Assembly: GCA_040878325.1 (NCBI GenBank)
Contig: JBBDMM010000006.1
Coordinates: forward strand, 128,418-192,417
Origin: Acidimicrobiia bacterium
GTDB taxonomy: Bacteria; Actinomycetota; Acidimicrobiia; Spongiisociales; UBA11373
Length of the DNA: 64,000 nt
Reading direction: 5' to 3'
Part shown: piece by piece, positions 28,745-38,401 of the stretch
Layout: every line of letters begins with the position of its first letter
Position numbering within the stretch: the stretch's first letter is position 1
Program-made: the position numbers and the translations under genes
Notes under the pieces: model-generated
Database searches by the model: none
What the model was told of the DNA's origin: nothing
What the model saw: the letters and a program-made list of their open reading frames with translations, nothing else

Positions 28745-29575
28745 CTACTTCAATCGGTAGGCAATTCCGATCACCCCGGGGCCGGCGTGGGTTCCTACCA
28801 CCGGGCCGAGGCGGGAGAGCATGACCGTGGGGTAGCGAGCGGCGACCTCGTCCCGGAACGACTGGAGGTCGTCCGGATCCGAGTGGACCACGGCCAGTGC
28901 CTCGACACGGTCGACGATTCCGTCGAGGTGCTGGAGGATCGCCGCCACCGCCTTCTTCCTGGTACGGACCCGCCCTGCGGGCGAGACCACCCCGTCGGCG
29001 AACGCGATGAGCGGCTTCAGGTCGAGCAGATTTCCGAAGAAGGCCGCCGCCCCTCCGATCCGGCCACCGCGCTTGAGGTACTCGAGAGTGTCGAGCGTCG
29101 CCAGCAGATTGGACTTGGCGGCGGCATCCACCGCGATCCGCTCTGTCTCAGCGATGGTGGCCCCGGCCTCCGCCGCCTGGGCTGCCTCGACCACCACCAG
29201 CCCGAGGGCGGCCGAGACCAGCCGGCTGTCGATCACCCTGACCGGGATCCCACCGCCGTAGCTGTCGACGGCGAGCACCGCCGCCTGGTGGGTGGCGCTG
29301 ATCTCCGATGAGATACAGATCACCACCACCCCGTCGGCCCCCTCGTCGGACAGCCGGCTGAATGCCTCCTGGAACCGACCGACCGACGGAGCCGCGGTCT
29401 CCGGAGTCACCGTGCCGCCTGTCAGCTTCGACCAGAAGTCGTCCTTCGAGAGCTGCTCACGGTCGACGAAGTCCTCGTCGCCGAAGCGGATGGTCAGCGG
29501 TACCACCGTGAGCCGGTGTCGCTCCACCACGTCATCCGGAAGGTCACAAGAGGAGTCGGTGATGATTCGAATCAT
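28745..29575 (-). CDS. DegV-family fatty-acid-binding protein
   Basis: IITDSSCDL, TAAPSVG, ISSEISAT, VIDSRLVS, TLEYLKRGGRIG, LDLKPLI, GPVVGTHAGPG. Confidence 0.94.
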   Translation of the reverse strand: MIRIITDSSCDLPDDVVERHRLTVVPLTIRFGDEDFVDREQLSKDDFWSKLTGGTVTPETAAPSVGRFQEAFSRLSDEGADGVVVICISSEISATHQAAVLAVDSYGGGIPVRVIDSRLVSAALGLVVVEAAQAAEAGATIAETERIAVDAAAKSNLLATLDTLEYLKRGGRIGGAAAFFGNLLDLKPLIAFADGVVSPAGRVRTRKKAVAAILQHLDGIVDRVEALAVVHSDPDDLQSFRDEVAARYPTVMLSRLGPVVGTHAGPGVIGIAYRLK

Positions 29576-29622
29576 TACGCCCGCAGTCTCGCGCGTGTTT
29601 GGCCTGCTTGCGCCGCCGGGTG

Positions 29623-29697
29623 GCAATTCGCAATTCGCATCTCGATGAACCGGAGCCTTCAACATTCGGCACGCTCGCAGCGCATTGCGCATTGCAC
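29623..29697. repeat. Degenerate heptamer element R10
   Basis: (GCAATTC)x2, TCGGCACGCT (reverse complement of the shared linker) 29666-29675, CGCATTGCGCATTGC. Confidence 0.75.
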
Positions 29698-29739
29698 CGA
29701 GGGCGCACACGGCCTCGGACCCTCATTACCGTCTGGGGA

Positions 29740-30321
29740 ATGACCGACCGCGCCGAGCTCGACGCCATTCTCATCGGGCGCTACCTCCAGGGGGAGGTGG
29801 CCGCCTTCGACGAGCTGATGCGCGCCCACGAGGACCGGGTGTTCGCGGTGTGTCTGCGAATGCTGCGCGATCGGGAAGCGGCGCTGGATGCCACCCAGGA
29901 GACATTCATCGCGGTATTCCGCAAGGCCGATCGGTTCGCCGGCCGCTCCGCGTTCAGTACCTGGCTGTACCGGGTGGCGGTGAACACGTGTTACGACCAG
30001 GCCCGCCGCAGGCGGCGCCACGCGGCGGTCCCCCTCCCCGATTCGAACGATCCGGTCGATGTATCCGCCGACGATCGGTTCACGTCGGCCGAGTTGAGGT
30101 CGGATATCGAAGCCGCGCTGGCCGCCCTACCCGACGAGTTCCGGGCGGCCGTCGTCCTCGCCGACGTCGAGGGTCTCGCCCTCCAGGCCGTCGCCGACAT
30201 CCTCGAGGTCCCGGTGGGCACGGTGAAGTCACGGGTATTCCGGGGCCGCCGCCTGCTCGCCGAATCTCTCGGGAACCTGAAAGGCCCTTCCGACACTCCT
30301 ATCCGAGAAGCCAATGCCTGA
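29740..30321 (+). CDS. sigM: ECF RNA polymerase sigma factor (SigM-like by synteny)
   Basis: AFDELM, ALDATQETF, FSTWLYRVAVN, GTVKSRVFRGR; upstream of trxB-trxA. Confidence 0.85.
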   Translation: MTDRAELDAILIGRYLQGEVAAFDELMRAHEDRVFAVCLRMLRDREAALDATQETFIAVFRKADRFAGRSAFSTWLYRVAVNTCYDQARRRRRHAAVPLPDSNDPVDVSADDRFTSAELRSDIEAALAALPDEFRAAVVLADVEGLALQAVADILEVPVGTVKSRVFRGRRLLAESLGNLKGPSDTPIREANA

Positions 30322-31090
30322 ATTCGACCACGACCTCATCGCCGCCCTCGCCGACGGCCGCCTCGACCCGAGTGAGGCCGCCGCGGCCGAACGCGTGATC
30401 GCCGCCGACGGCGAAGCAACCGCGGCGCTCGCCCAGCACCGCCGGGCGCTCGCGGCCGTGCGGGCTGCTCCCCCGGCCAACCTCACCGACGGCGAGCGAG
30501 AACGCGTCCATATGGCAGTGGCCGAGGCCATCGGGTTCGACCGCACCCCGGCGTCGGCCGCGTCGGGTCGGCGGGCACCCTGGGGCGCCATCACGGTGGC
30601 CGCGGCGACTCTGGCCGCCCTGGTGGCTGTCGTCCCCATCGCCGGCCTGCTGACCAGCGACCAGCCCGACTCCTCCGACGTGTCGTTGGGGCTCGCCGAG
30701 GTCGACGCGTCCCGCACCGCCGAGGACGCCGGCGCCGAGCCGATGGCCGGGGTCGACTCCACCATCACCGACGGCATGTCCACGACGCCGGCGAGCGGAG
30801 ACTCCGAAGGGGCTCCGGCCGCCGCCGACGACGACGTCGAGGAGGCGCTCACCGCATTGGCCGACGACCCGGCCGGCAGCAGGTACCGGGCTACCTCCCC
30901 CACCCCCGAGACAGCCTGTGCCGCCGAGGCGTCCGACCAGATCGACGCGTCCCCCGACGCTCTCGAGTTCATCGAAATGACGATCGGAGACCGCCAGGTG
31001 ATGGTGTTCTTCACCATCGTCGACGGAGCGCTCGACGGCGCCGCGGCGTACTCGCCTGTCGATTGCGAGCTTCTCGGCACCCTCCCCTGA
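30314..31090 (+). CDS. Probable membrane anti-sigma factor
   Basis: 8-bp overlap with the sigma gene; ALADGRLD N-terminus, single TM, acidic extracytoplasmic part with two Cys. Confidence 0.7.
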   Translation: MPEFDHDLIAALADGRLDPSEAAAAERVIAADGEATAALAQHRRALAAVRAAPPANLTDGERERVHMAVAEAIGFDRTPASAASGRRAPWGAITVAAATLAALVAVVPIAGLLTSDQPDSSDVSLGLAEVDASRTAEDAGAEPMAGVDSTITDGMSTTPASGDSEGAPAAADDDVEEALTALADDPAGSRYRATSPTPETACAAEASDQIDASPDALEFIEMTIGDRQVMVFFTIVDGALDGAAAYSPVDCELLGTLP

Positions 31091-31163
31091 GAGCCGATCT
31101 CCTGCGCATCGTCCGGCGTCGCCGATGGCGCCATCGACCGATCCAGGCTCTAACCTCGGGTGT

Positions 31164-31481
31164 ATGGCCGACCAGGACCAGACCCGCGACGACTACCCGG
31201 TGAGGATCGCCGACTTCCTGGAGTCGGTGGCCACCAAGATCAGATCGATGACGGTCGACAAGGTGGCCCGGGTCATCACTTACGTGACGCTGGGGTTGGT
31301 GGCGCTGACCCTCGTCGCCACCGCCCTCCTCTTCTTCCTGGTGGGTCTGTTCCGGATCACCGGCGAGTTGACTCGCAAGGCGTGCGATTGCACCCAGTAC
31401 ATGGAGATCACATACGCGGTGATCGGTGGAGTATTCCTGGCCCTCGGAGCGTTGTTGTGGTCTAAGCGGGTGAGCGAATAG
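31164..31481 (+). CDS. Hypothetical 2-TM protein
   Basis: RIADFLESVATKIR, two hydrophobic helices. Confidence 0.7.
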   Translation: MADQDQTRDDYPVRIADFLESVATKIRSMTVDKVARVITYVTLGLVALTLVATALLFFLVGLFRITGELTRKACDCTQYMEITYAVIGGVFLALGALLWSKRVSE

Positions 31482-31513
31482 GCTCGCCCCGGGATCAGAC
31501 GCAAGGACGATCA

Positions 31514-32521
31514 GTGACCGAGAAGCTCACCATCATCGGCTCCGGCCCCGCCGGGCTGACCGCGGCGATCTACGCCTCCCGGGCCAACCTCGAACCGCTG
31601 ATGATCGAGGGCATGGCCGCCGGCGGCCAGTTGATGCTGACCACCGACGTCGAGAACTACCCCGGCTTTCCCGACGGGATCATGGGGCCCGAACTGATGG
31701 AGCTGTTCAAGAAGCAGGCCACGAGGTTCGGTACCAGGATCGTCACCTCCGACGTGTCGAAGGTGGATCTGTCACAGCGGCCCTTCAAGATCTGGGTCGG
31801 CAATGACGAGTACCAATCCGAATCGATCATCGTGTCCACCGGCGCGTCGGCGCGCTGGCTGGGCGTGCCCGGCGAAGACAAGCTCCGCGGCTATGGCGTG
31901 TCGGCCTGCGCCACCTGCGACGGGTTCTTCTTCCGCGACCGACCGATCATCGTGGTCGGCGGAGGCGACTCGGCCATGGAGGAGGCGTTGTTTCTCACCA
32001 AGTTCGCCTCCAGGGTCACCGTCGTTCACCGTCGCGACGAGTTCCGGGCGTCGAAGATCATGGCCTCCAGGGTTCTGGAGCACGACAAGATCGACGTCCG
32101 TTGGAACACCGTCGTCGATGAGATCCTCGGTGACGGGTCGGTTACCGGGGTGCGGCTCACCGACCTCGAATCTGGCGCCACCGAAGAGTTCGCCACCGAA
32201 GGCGTTTTCGTCGCCATCGGCCACGATCCGAACACCGGCCTCTTCGAGGGTCAGCTCGAACTCGACGAGAAGGGCTACCTCAAGGTGTTCGGCAGCACTG
32301 CTACTTCGGTGGACGGGGTGTTCGGCGCGGGCGACGTGGTCGACCACACCTACCGCCAGGCGGTCACCGCAGCCGGCATGGGGTGCGAGGCCGCCATCGA
32401 CGTCGAACGCTGGCTCGACGCCCAGGCCGGCGACCACTATCCCCCCGCAGGGTCACGAACCTCGACCGCGATGGTCGCCGATCAACAGGAGGTGAAGGCC
32501 GCAGGGCCCGCCAATGGCTGA
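31514..32521 (+). CDS. trxB: Thioredoxin reductase
   Basis: IIGSGPAGLTAA, GGQLMLTTDVENYPGF, SACATCDG, GGGDSAMEEA, GAGDV...RQAVTAAG. Confidence 0.97.
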   Translation: MTEKLTIIGSGPAGLTAAIYASRANLEPLMIEGMAAGGQLMLTTDVENYPGFPDGIMGPELMELFKKQATRFGTRIVTSDVSKVDLSQRPFKIWVGNDEYQSESIIVSTGASARWLGVPGEDKLRGYGVSACATCDGFFFRDRPIIVVGGGDSAMEEALFLTKFASRVTVVHRRDEFRASKIMASRVLEHDKIDVRWNTVVDEILGDGSVTGVRLTDLESGATEEFATEGVFVAIGHDPNTGLFEGQLELDEKGYLKVFGSTATSVDGVFGAGDVVDHTYRQAVTAAGMGCEAAIDVERWLDAQAGDHYPPAGSRTSTAMVADQQEVKAAGPANG

Positions 32522-32840
32522 AAATGTGATAACCGCAACCGATCAAGGATTCGCCGACCTCATAGCCGGCGACACTCCGGTGCTCGTCGACTTCTGGGCC
32601 GAGTGGTGCTCGCCATGCCGGATGATCGCCCCGGTCGTCGAGAAGATCGCCACCAACCACGCCGGCAAGATCACCGTGGCAAAGCTGAACGTCGACGAAA
32701 ACCCCAACACCGCGATGCAGTACGAGGTGATGAGCATTCCCACTCTCATCGTGTATCAGGGCGGCAACGAGAAGAAGCGCATCGTGGGGGCGCGGCCCGA
32801 GCAGGCGATCCTTTCGGAGATCGACGAGTTCATCTCCTAG
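32514..32840 (+). CDS. trxA: Thioredoxin
   Basis: VLVDFWAEWCSPCRM, KLNVDENP, SIPTL. Confidence 0.96.
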   Translation: MAENVITATDQGFADLIAGDTPVLVDFWAEWCSPCRMIAPVVEKIATNHAGKITVAKLNVDENPNTAMQYEVMSIPTLIVYQGGNEKKRIVGARPEQAILSEIDEFIS

Positions 32841-32894
32841 TTCGACACCAGCCGGACCCCGGGCCGCCAGTGAAGCGTTCACTTTCTGTCAGGA

Positions 32895-33860
32895 TTGGCT
32901 GACATGGCCCTGTATCAAATAGGCGACACCGGGGACGCCGTGCGCGACATTCAGGACCGCCTGACAGCGGTCGGCCTCGCCATCAACGGCGATCGCTTGG
33001 GTGAATTCGGTGAAGGCACCGAGGCGGCGGTTCGTTCGTTCCAGGAATCGAGACGGCTCGCTGCCGACGGCATGGTCGGCCGCGAGACCTGGCGCATCCT
33101 CGTCGACGCCAGCTACACCCTCGGTGATCGGCTCCTCTACTACCGGATGCCGATGCTGCACGGCGACGACGTGGCCGAACTGCAGAGCCGACTCAATGCA
33201 CTGGGCTTAGAGGCCGGAGCGGTGGACGGCATCTTCGGCCCGGCCACGCTGAAGGCCGTGCTCGAATTCCAACAGAACCGACTCATGGCCGAGGACGGGA
33301 TCATCGGCCCGGCGGTGGTCGCCGAGTTGACCCTGATGTCGCGCGAGACCGGGAAGATGGGACGGCACGAACTGAAGGAGCGGGTGTGGCTGTCCAACCT
33401 GCCCCGCTCCCTCGCCGGCCACCGGGTGTTCGTGGACCCCTACTGCCGAGACGATCGCGAGTCCATCGAGGCGTGGGCTGCCGCCCGTGGGGCGATCTCC
33501 ACGCTGAGCGATGCCGGCGCCCACCCGGTGCTCAGCCGCTCGGCCGACACCCGCCCTGCCGAGCGGCTCCGCGCCGAGCACGCCAACGAGGTGGGGGCGT
33601 TCATCGTCATCGGGTTCGCCCTGCCGTCCACCGACGTCCCCGGGGTCTACTTCTACTCGTCGGCTCGAGGCGAGAGCGAGGCAGGAGAGAGGATCGCCGT
33701 TGCGGTCGCCGCCGGGCTGGGGGTCGAAGCGGTGGGCCGGGTCACCCCCCTGCTCCGCGACACCCGCGCTCCGGCGATCGTGGTGGCCCTACCCCGCCTG
33801 GACGCGGCGGTCGGCGCCTCGACCGCTCGCAGCGTGGAGTCCTGGTTCGAGAATCAGTAG
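32895..33860 (+). CDS. cwlM: CwlM-like protein: two peptidoglycan-binding domains plus degenerate amidase_3 domain
   Basis: GDAVRDIQ, FQESRRLAADGMVGRETW, GDDVAELQSRL...DGIFGPAT; synteny after trxA. Confidence 0.75.
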   Translation: MADMALYQIGDTGDAVRDIQDRLTAVGLAINGDRLGEFGEGTEAAVRSFQESRRLAADGMVGRETWRILVDASYTLGDRLLYYRMPMLHGDDVAELQSRLNALGLEAGAVDGIFGPATLKAVLEFQQNRLMAEDGIIGPAVVAELTLMSRETGKMGRHELKERVWLSNLPRSLAGHRVFVDPYCRDDRESIEAWAAARGAISTLSDAGAHPVLSRSADTRPAERLRAEHANEVGAFIVIGFALPSTDVPGVYFYSSARGESEAGERIAVAVAAGLGVEAVGRVTPLLRDTRAPAIVVALPRLDAAVGASTARSVESWFENQ

Positions 33861-33874
33861 TCGGTGCCGACCGC

Positions 33875-34733
33875 TCACTGGCTCAGTTCCCGATAGATCC
33901 TCTCCAGATCGTCCACTGATCCGAACCTTATGGTCAGCCGTCCCCCACCCCCCCGTCCGTACTGGATGGTGACGGACGAGCCGAGACGGTCCGTCAGTCG
34001 CTCCTCGAGCGCAATGATCTCGGCGGGGCGCTCGCGGCGGGCGGGACCGGCCGATTCAGGATCGCCACCGTCGTGCTTCCGGACCGCATCTTCGACCTGA
34101 CGGACCGACCATCCTTCGTCGGCGGCTCGATTGGCGGTTCGCACCGCGAAGGCAGTGTCGCTGGTTCCGAGTAGAGCCCGAGCCGCGCCGGCTGAGAGCC
34201 TGGCGTCGGCCAGCAGGCCCTGAATGGCTCCGGGGAGGTTCAGCAATCGCACGGTGTTGGTGATCGCCGACCGGCTCTTCCCCACCCGCTCGGCGACCTG
34301 CTCGTGTGTCATGTCAAAATCTTCCATGAGGGTTCGGTAGGCGGCGGCCTCCTCCAGCGAACCGAGATCCTCGCGCTGCAGGTTCTCGATCAGCGCTTCG
34401 GCCAGGCGACCCGAGTCGTCGGACACCCGGATCATCGCGGGGATCGTGTCCAGGCCGGCAAGCTTGGCGGCTCGAAGCCGCCTCTCCCCTGCCACCAGCA
34501 CGTGCCGGCCTTCGTCGTCTGCCGGCCCGATCACTATTGGCTGCAGGACCCCCACCTCTCTGATCGAGGCGGCCAGGGCCTCGAGGGCCTCTTCGTCGAA
34601 GCGCTCTCTCGGCTGGCGTGGATTGGGGGTGATCGCTCCGATCTGCACCCAGGCGAACCCCTCCGTCGGTACGGTCGTCGACAGGAGGGCATCGAGCCCC
34701 CGCCCCAATCCGGACTTACGTGGTGCGGCCATG
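33875..34733 (-). CDS. parB: Chromosome partitioning protein ParB
   Basis: GLGRGLDALL, PNPRQPR, GVLQPI, LVAGERRLRAA, ENLQREDL, KSRSAITN. Confidence 0.96.
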
Positions 34734-35510
34734 TCTCCTCCTGAACTCCTCGGCGAGCGAGCGGTAGGCGATGGCCCCACGGCTCATCGGATCGAACGAC
34801 TCGATGGGCTCCCCGAACGACGGGGCTTCGGCCAGTCGCACTGTGCGGGGAATCACCGTGCGGTAGGCCCGATCCCCGAAGTGCTCCCGGACCTGCTGCG
34901 ATACGTCGGAGGCGAGAGTGGTGCGGCGATCGAACATGGTTATCACTGCTCCCTCGATCTCGAGTCCAGGGTTAAGGTTGGTCTGGATTGCATTGATCGA
35001 CTTGAGTAGTTGGCTCAATCCTTCGAGGGCGTAGTACTCGGCCTGGATCGGGATGATCACCTCATCCGCCGCGGTGAGGGCGTTTACGGTTATCAGCCCG
35101 AGGCTCGGGGGGCAATCGATGAACACGAAATCGAACACCCGCTCGAGCTTCTCGATGGCGATCGCCATCTGACGCTCCCGGGAGAACCGAGCGACCAGCT
35201 CGATCTCTGCCGCCGCCAGATCGATCGAGGAAGGGGCGACGAACAGTCTGTCCATCGCGGTGGGCAAGATCACTTCGTCGAGGCCGGCCTCGCCCAGCAT
35301 CACGTCGTATACCGACTTCACCACCGTGCGTCGATCGATGCCGAGGCCACTGGTGGCGTTGCTCTGCGGATCGCAATCGATGACCAGCACCTGCTCCCCC
35401 ATCGTGGCAATGGCGGCAGCCAGGTTGATGGCGGTGGTCGACTTACCGACCCCGCCCTTCTGATTGGCGAAAGCGACGACGGTTGCGCGGGAACGAGCGA
35501 GGTCAGGCAC
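34716..35510 (-). CDS. parA: Chromosome partitioning ATPase ParA/Soj
   Basis: ANQKGGVGKSTT, DCDPQSNAT, IDCPPSLG, IPIQAEYYALEG, RLAEAPSFG. Confidence 0.96.
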   Translation of the reverse strand: MPDLARSRATVVAFANQKGGVGKSTTAINLAAAIATMGEQVLVIDCDPQSNATSGLGIDRRTVVKSVYDVMLGEAGLDEVILPTAMDRLFVAPSSIDLAAAEIELVARFSRERQMAIAIEKLERVFDFVFIDCPPSLGLITVNALTAADEVIIPIQAEYYALEGLSQLLKSINAIQTNLNPGLEIEGAVITMFDRRTTLASDVSQQVREHFGDRAYRTVIPRTVRLAEAPSFGEPIESFDPMSRGAIAYRSLAEEFRRRHGRTT

Positions 35511-36147
35511 CGAGGCGCATGATAAGGATCCAGGCGGGTCCGTCAAGGATTTCGGGTGGCGTGCCCACCACCTCCGCTTGCAGGCCCAACGCGGTGGCGA
35601 TCCCCACCAGGTCCCGGGTGCGATCCGGCGGCTCCTCCCGTCGGCTCAGCCCGAGGACTGCGGTGCCGGGAATCCCCAGCAGGCGCCCGGCCAAGCCAAC
35701 GGCCTCCGGTGCCTTGACCGATCCCCGAAAGACCAGGCCGGACCACTCGTCGGCCACATCGAAGACGTCGCCCTGGGCGACTCGAACATTCTCCAGGCCG
35801 AGGATCCTCACCGCCCTGGTCAGCAGCCGGATACGGCGCCCCCCGCGATCGAGCACGGTGACCTCGGTGTCCGGCCACAGGATCGCCAGTGGGATCCCGG
35901 GGAGACCTACCCCGGTGCCCACGTCGAGAATCTCGGGCGGGGCAGCCGGCCATGCGGCGGAGAAGGCGACGGAGTCGGCGATGTGTCTCCCCCAGATACG
36001 GTCGGATTCTCGCGGACCCAACCCGCCGGCCGGAATCGCCTCGTGAATCAGCCACTCCGCGTACGCCTCGAGCATTTCGCCCTGGCCGTCGGAGAGTTGG
36101 TGGCCGGCCCAAACGGCCGCGCTGCGGGCGAGGTCCAGAGAGTCCAT
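35503..36147 (-). CDS. rsmG: 16S rRNA m7G527 methyltransferase
   Basis: IWGRHIADS, LDVGTGVGLPGIPLAI; position between jag and parA. Confidence 0.9.
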   Translation of the reverse strand: MDSLDLARSAAVWAGHQLSDGQGEMLEAYAEWLIHEAIPAGGLGPRESDRIWGRHIADSVAFSAAWPAAPPEILDVGTGVGLPGIPLAILWPDTEVTVLDRGGRRIRLLTRAVRILGLENVRVAQGDVFDVADEWSGLVFRGSVKAPEAVGLAGRLLGIPGTAVLGLSRREEPPDRTRDLVGIATALGLQAEVVGTPPEILDGPAWILIMRLGA

Positions 36148-36222
36148 GGTGAAGAAGGTAGCAGGGCCACCGGCTCCGGCTCCAGCTACGGCTCCAGCCA
36201 GAAACGGGGGATCGGACGGCAC

Positions 36223-36238
36223 AGTTTCACGTGAAACA
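36223..36238. promoter_or_regulatory. parS site 1
   Basis: AGTTTCACGTGAAACA, one mismatch to TGTTTCACGTGAAACA. Confidence 0.9.
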
Positions 36239-36256
36239 GAGCAAATTTGAGATCGG

Positions 36257-36272
36257 TGTTCCACGTGAAACA
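36257..36272. promoter_or_regulatory. parS site 2
   Basis: TGTTCCACGTGAAACA, matches the TGTTNCACGTGAAACA consensus. Confidence 0.92.
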
Positions 36273-36383
36273 TCAACAGCTGTGGGGGGTTTGGGCCCGC
36301 GCGTCTGGCCGGAGCTGGAGCCTGGAACCGGGGCTGGGCCGCCGGGGCTCTTCCGGCTGGAGCCGGAGCAGGAGCCGGGGCTG

Positions 36384-37253
36384 CTACTCCGCGGCGACTA
36401 TCACGGACCGGTGGGGCTCTTCGCCCTCGGAGTACGACCGGACCCCGTCTATCTCGCCCACGGTGTCGTGGACCACCTTGCGGTCGGCGGAGTTCATCGG
36501 CTCGAGCATGACTTCGCCGCCTTCGGCGATCACCTTGTCGGCGAGTCGGCGGGCATAGATGCGGAGCGCCTCGCGACGGCGCTCGGTGTAGCCGGCGATG
36601 TCGAGTCGGATGCGGGCGCCCTCCTGGGTCTTCCGCTGAACGATGGTCCGGCAGAGCTCGAGGACCGACTGGAGGATGATCCCCTTGGTGCCAACGAGCG
36701 CTTCGGTCTGTTCGCCGGCGACGTCGGCGTAGATGATCTCCTCCTCGACCCGCACGGAGACCCTGCCCTCGAGCCCGAAGGCCTCAAGCAACCCCTTGAG
36801 AAACCGCTCGATCTCGGCTGCCTGCTCGTCGACCCCGATCACGTCGCGATCATCTGGGCGCGCCCTCATTTCCTCACGCTCCTTGGAACGATCATCTCGC
36901 TTCGGAGGCCTCGGCTTCGGGCTGCTGGCCGACTTGGATCCACGGTCTCCTCCCCTTCCTGCGCTCGACGAGGGCTGGTCCGACTCGCGAGGCTTCGTCC
37001 CCGAACCACCCCGCGGGCGGCGCGAATCGCCACCCGAACTGCGGGTCCGTCGCCCGTTGCTCGGCTTCGGTGGTCTGCGTCGAATGCGAACCACGGCGCC
37101 TTCGCCTCCGATTCCGAGGAATCCTCGGGTCGGCTGCTGCAGGACCTCGATCTCTGCCTCATCCTGAGACTTGAGACCCAACTCCTCGAGTCCCGCCTCG
37201 ATGGCGGTCTCTACCGACGGTCCCCTGACGTCCACGTACTCCCTGGAAGACAC
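36384..37253 (-). CDS. jag: Jag/EloR RNA-binding protein (Jag-N, KH, R3H)
   Basis: SVETAIEAGLEELG, RGFLGIG, LVGTKG, LDIAGY..RR, LEPMNSADRKVVH, SEGEEPHR. Confidence 0.93.
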   Translation of the reverse strand: MSSREYVDVRGPSVETAIEAGLEELGLKSQDEAEIEVLQQPTRGFLGIGGEGAVVRIRRRPPKPSNGRRTRSSGGDSRRPRGGSGTKPRESDQPSSSAGRGGDRGSKSASSPKPRPPKRDDRSKEREEMRARPDDRDVIGVDEQAAEIERFLKGLLEAFGLEGRVSVRVEEEIIYADVAGEQTEALVGTKGIILQSVLELCRTIVQRKTQEGARIRLDIAGYTERRREALRIYARRLADKVIAEGGEVMLEPMNSADRKVVHDTVGEIDGVRSYSEGEEPHRSVIVAAE

Positions 37254-38132
37254 CTACTTCCTCCTCCGCTTCTTTCCCCGCTTCTTCTTCGAGACGTTGG
37301 AACTCCGTTGACCGCCGCTCGAAAGAGGCCGGGTGGCGGTGGGGGAGTCGTCGCTCGGTCGGGTTTGCTTCCCTTCCTTTGGGGATGCCGCCTTGGTGGG
37401 GCTGGATCCCTTCTTGTCGCCTCCGTCCATCCCGAGGATGAGGGCCTGCTGCCCGATCCTGAAGATCTGGCTGGCAGCGAAATAGACCACCAAGCCCGCC
37501 GGGAGGGTGTAGGAGATGAACCCAAAGAACAATGGAAAAATCTTCATGATAGCCTGGCCGGGAGGCTGCTGGCCGCCTTGGGCACTACTGCGGGCCATGG
37601 TCTGCCGCTGCTGCCAATAAGCGGTGAAGACCACTATCAGGATCGTGAGGAAGTAGGGGATCGCATCAATGACGCCGATGTTGAGGGCGTCGCTGGGGGA
37701 GACGCTCAGGTCCATCCACAGGAAGTCGACCCGACCCTCGGCCACCGCCGCCGCCAGCTCGCTGCCTTCGGTCACCCATTTCCCCGGGTTGCGCAGCACG
37801 CTGAACAGGGCGAACCAAATCGGCATCTGGAGCAGGAGGGGGAGACACCCGGCGGCGGGATTGACCCCGCGCTCCTTGTAAAGCGCCATCATTGCGGCCT
37901 GTTGGGCCTGCCGGTCGTGCTTCAGTTCCTTCTGAATCCGCTTGACTTCTGGCTGGATGTCTTGCATCGCCTTCATCGAGCGGGTCTGCTTGAGGGTGAG
38001 GGGGAACAGCAGAATTCCGATCACGATCGTGAGCAGGATGATGGCGATCCCGAAGTTGGCGATGAGGCCGTAGAAGAAGCTCAGCGTCGCTCCGATGAGC
38101 TCCTGAATGCCGTTCCAGATCCCCGACATCAA
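37254..38132 (-). CDS. yidC: Membrane protein insertase YidC
   Basis: FGIAIILLT..., LFPLTLKQ, NPAAGCLPLLLQMPIW, LPAGLVVY. Confidence 0.95.
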   Translation of the reverse strand: MMSGIWNGIQELIGATLSFFYGLIANFGIAIILLTIVIGILLFPLTLKQTRSMKAMQDIQPEVKRIQKELKHDRQAQQAAMMALYKERGVNPAAGCLPLLLQMPIWFALFSVLRNPGKWVTEGSELAAAVAEGRVDFLWMDLSVSPSDALNIGVIDAIPYFLTILIVVFTAYWQQRQTMARSSAQGGQQPPGQAIMKIFPLFFGFISYTLPAGLVVYFAASQIFRIGQQALILGMDGGDKKGSSPTKAASPKEGKQTRPSDDSPTATRPLSSGGQRSSNVSKKKRGKKRRRK

Positions 38133-38401
38133 TGAACCCCTATCTCATCGCGGTGCGGAACCGGGTCGACTCCGCCTTCTCTCCACGGATGGCATCGCCC
38201 GATCCGCTTCACGGCCATCCAACTGCCGCGCATCGCGCCCCACTCGTCGATCGCCTCGAACGCGTATCCCGAGCACGTGGGCTGGTACCGGCAGCGCCGC
38301 CCGACCAGGGGCGAGAGCGCCTTCCGATAGAGGACGATCAGTCGCTGCAACCACCAGCCGGGCTGGTAAGGCTTCAGCGTTCCCTTCAGATCTTCCACCA
38401 C
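38129..38401 (-). CDS. yidD: Membrane protein insertion efficiency factor
   Basis: LSPLVGRRCRYQPTCSGY, RIGRCHPW..GGVDPVP. Confidence 0.95.
   Translation of the reverse strand: MVEDLKGTLKPYQPGWWLQRLIVLYRKALSPLVGRRCRYQPTCSGYAFEAIDEWGAMRGSWMAVKRIGRCHPWREGGVDPVPHRDEIGVH

Larger units (their letters stand above)
36171..36383. repeat. Inverted hexamer (CGGCTC/CAGCC) arrays R11 flanking the parS pair
   Basis: CGGCTCCGGCTCCAGCTACGGCTCCAGCCA 36171-36200; GGCTGGAGCCGGAGCAGGAGCCGGGGCTG 36355-36383. Confidence 0.75.
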
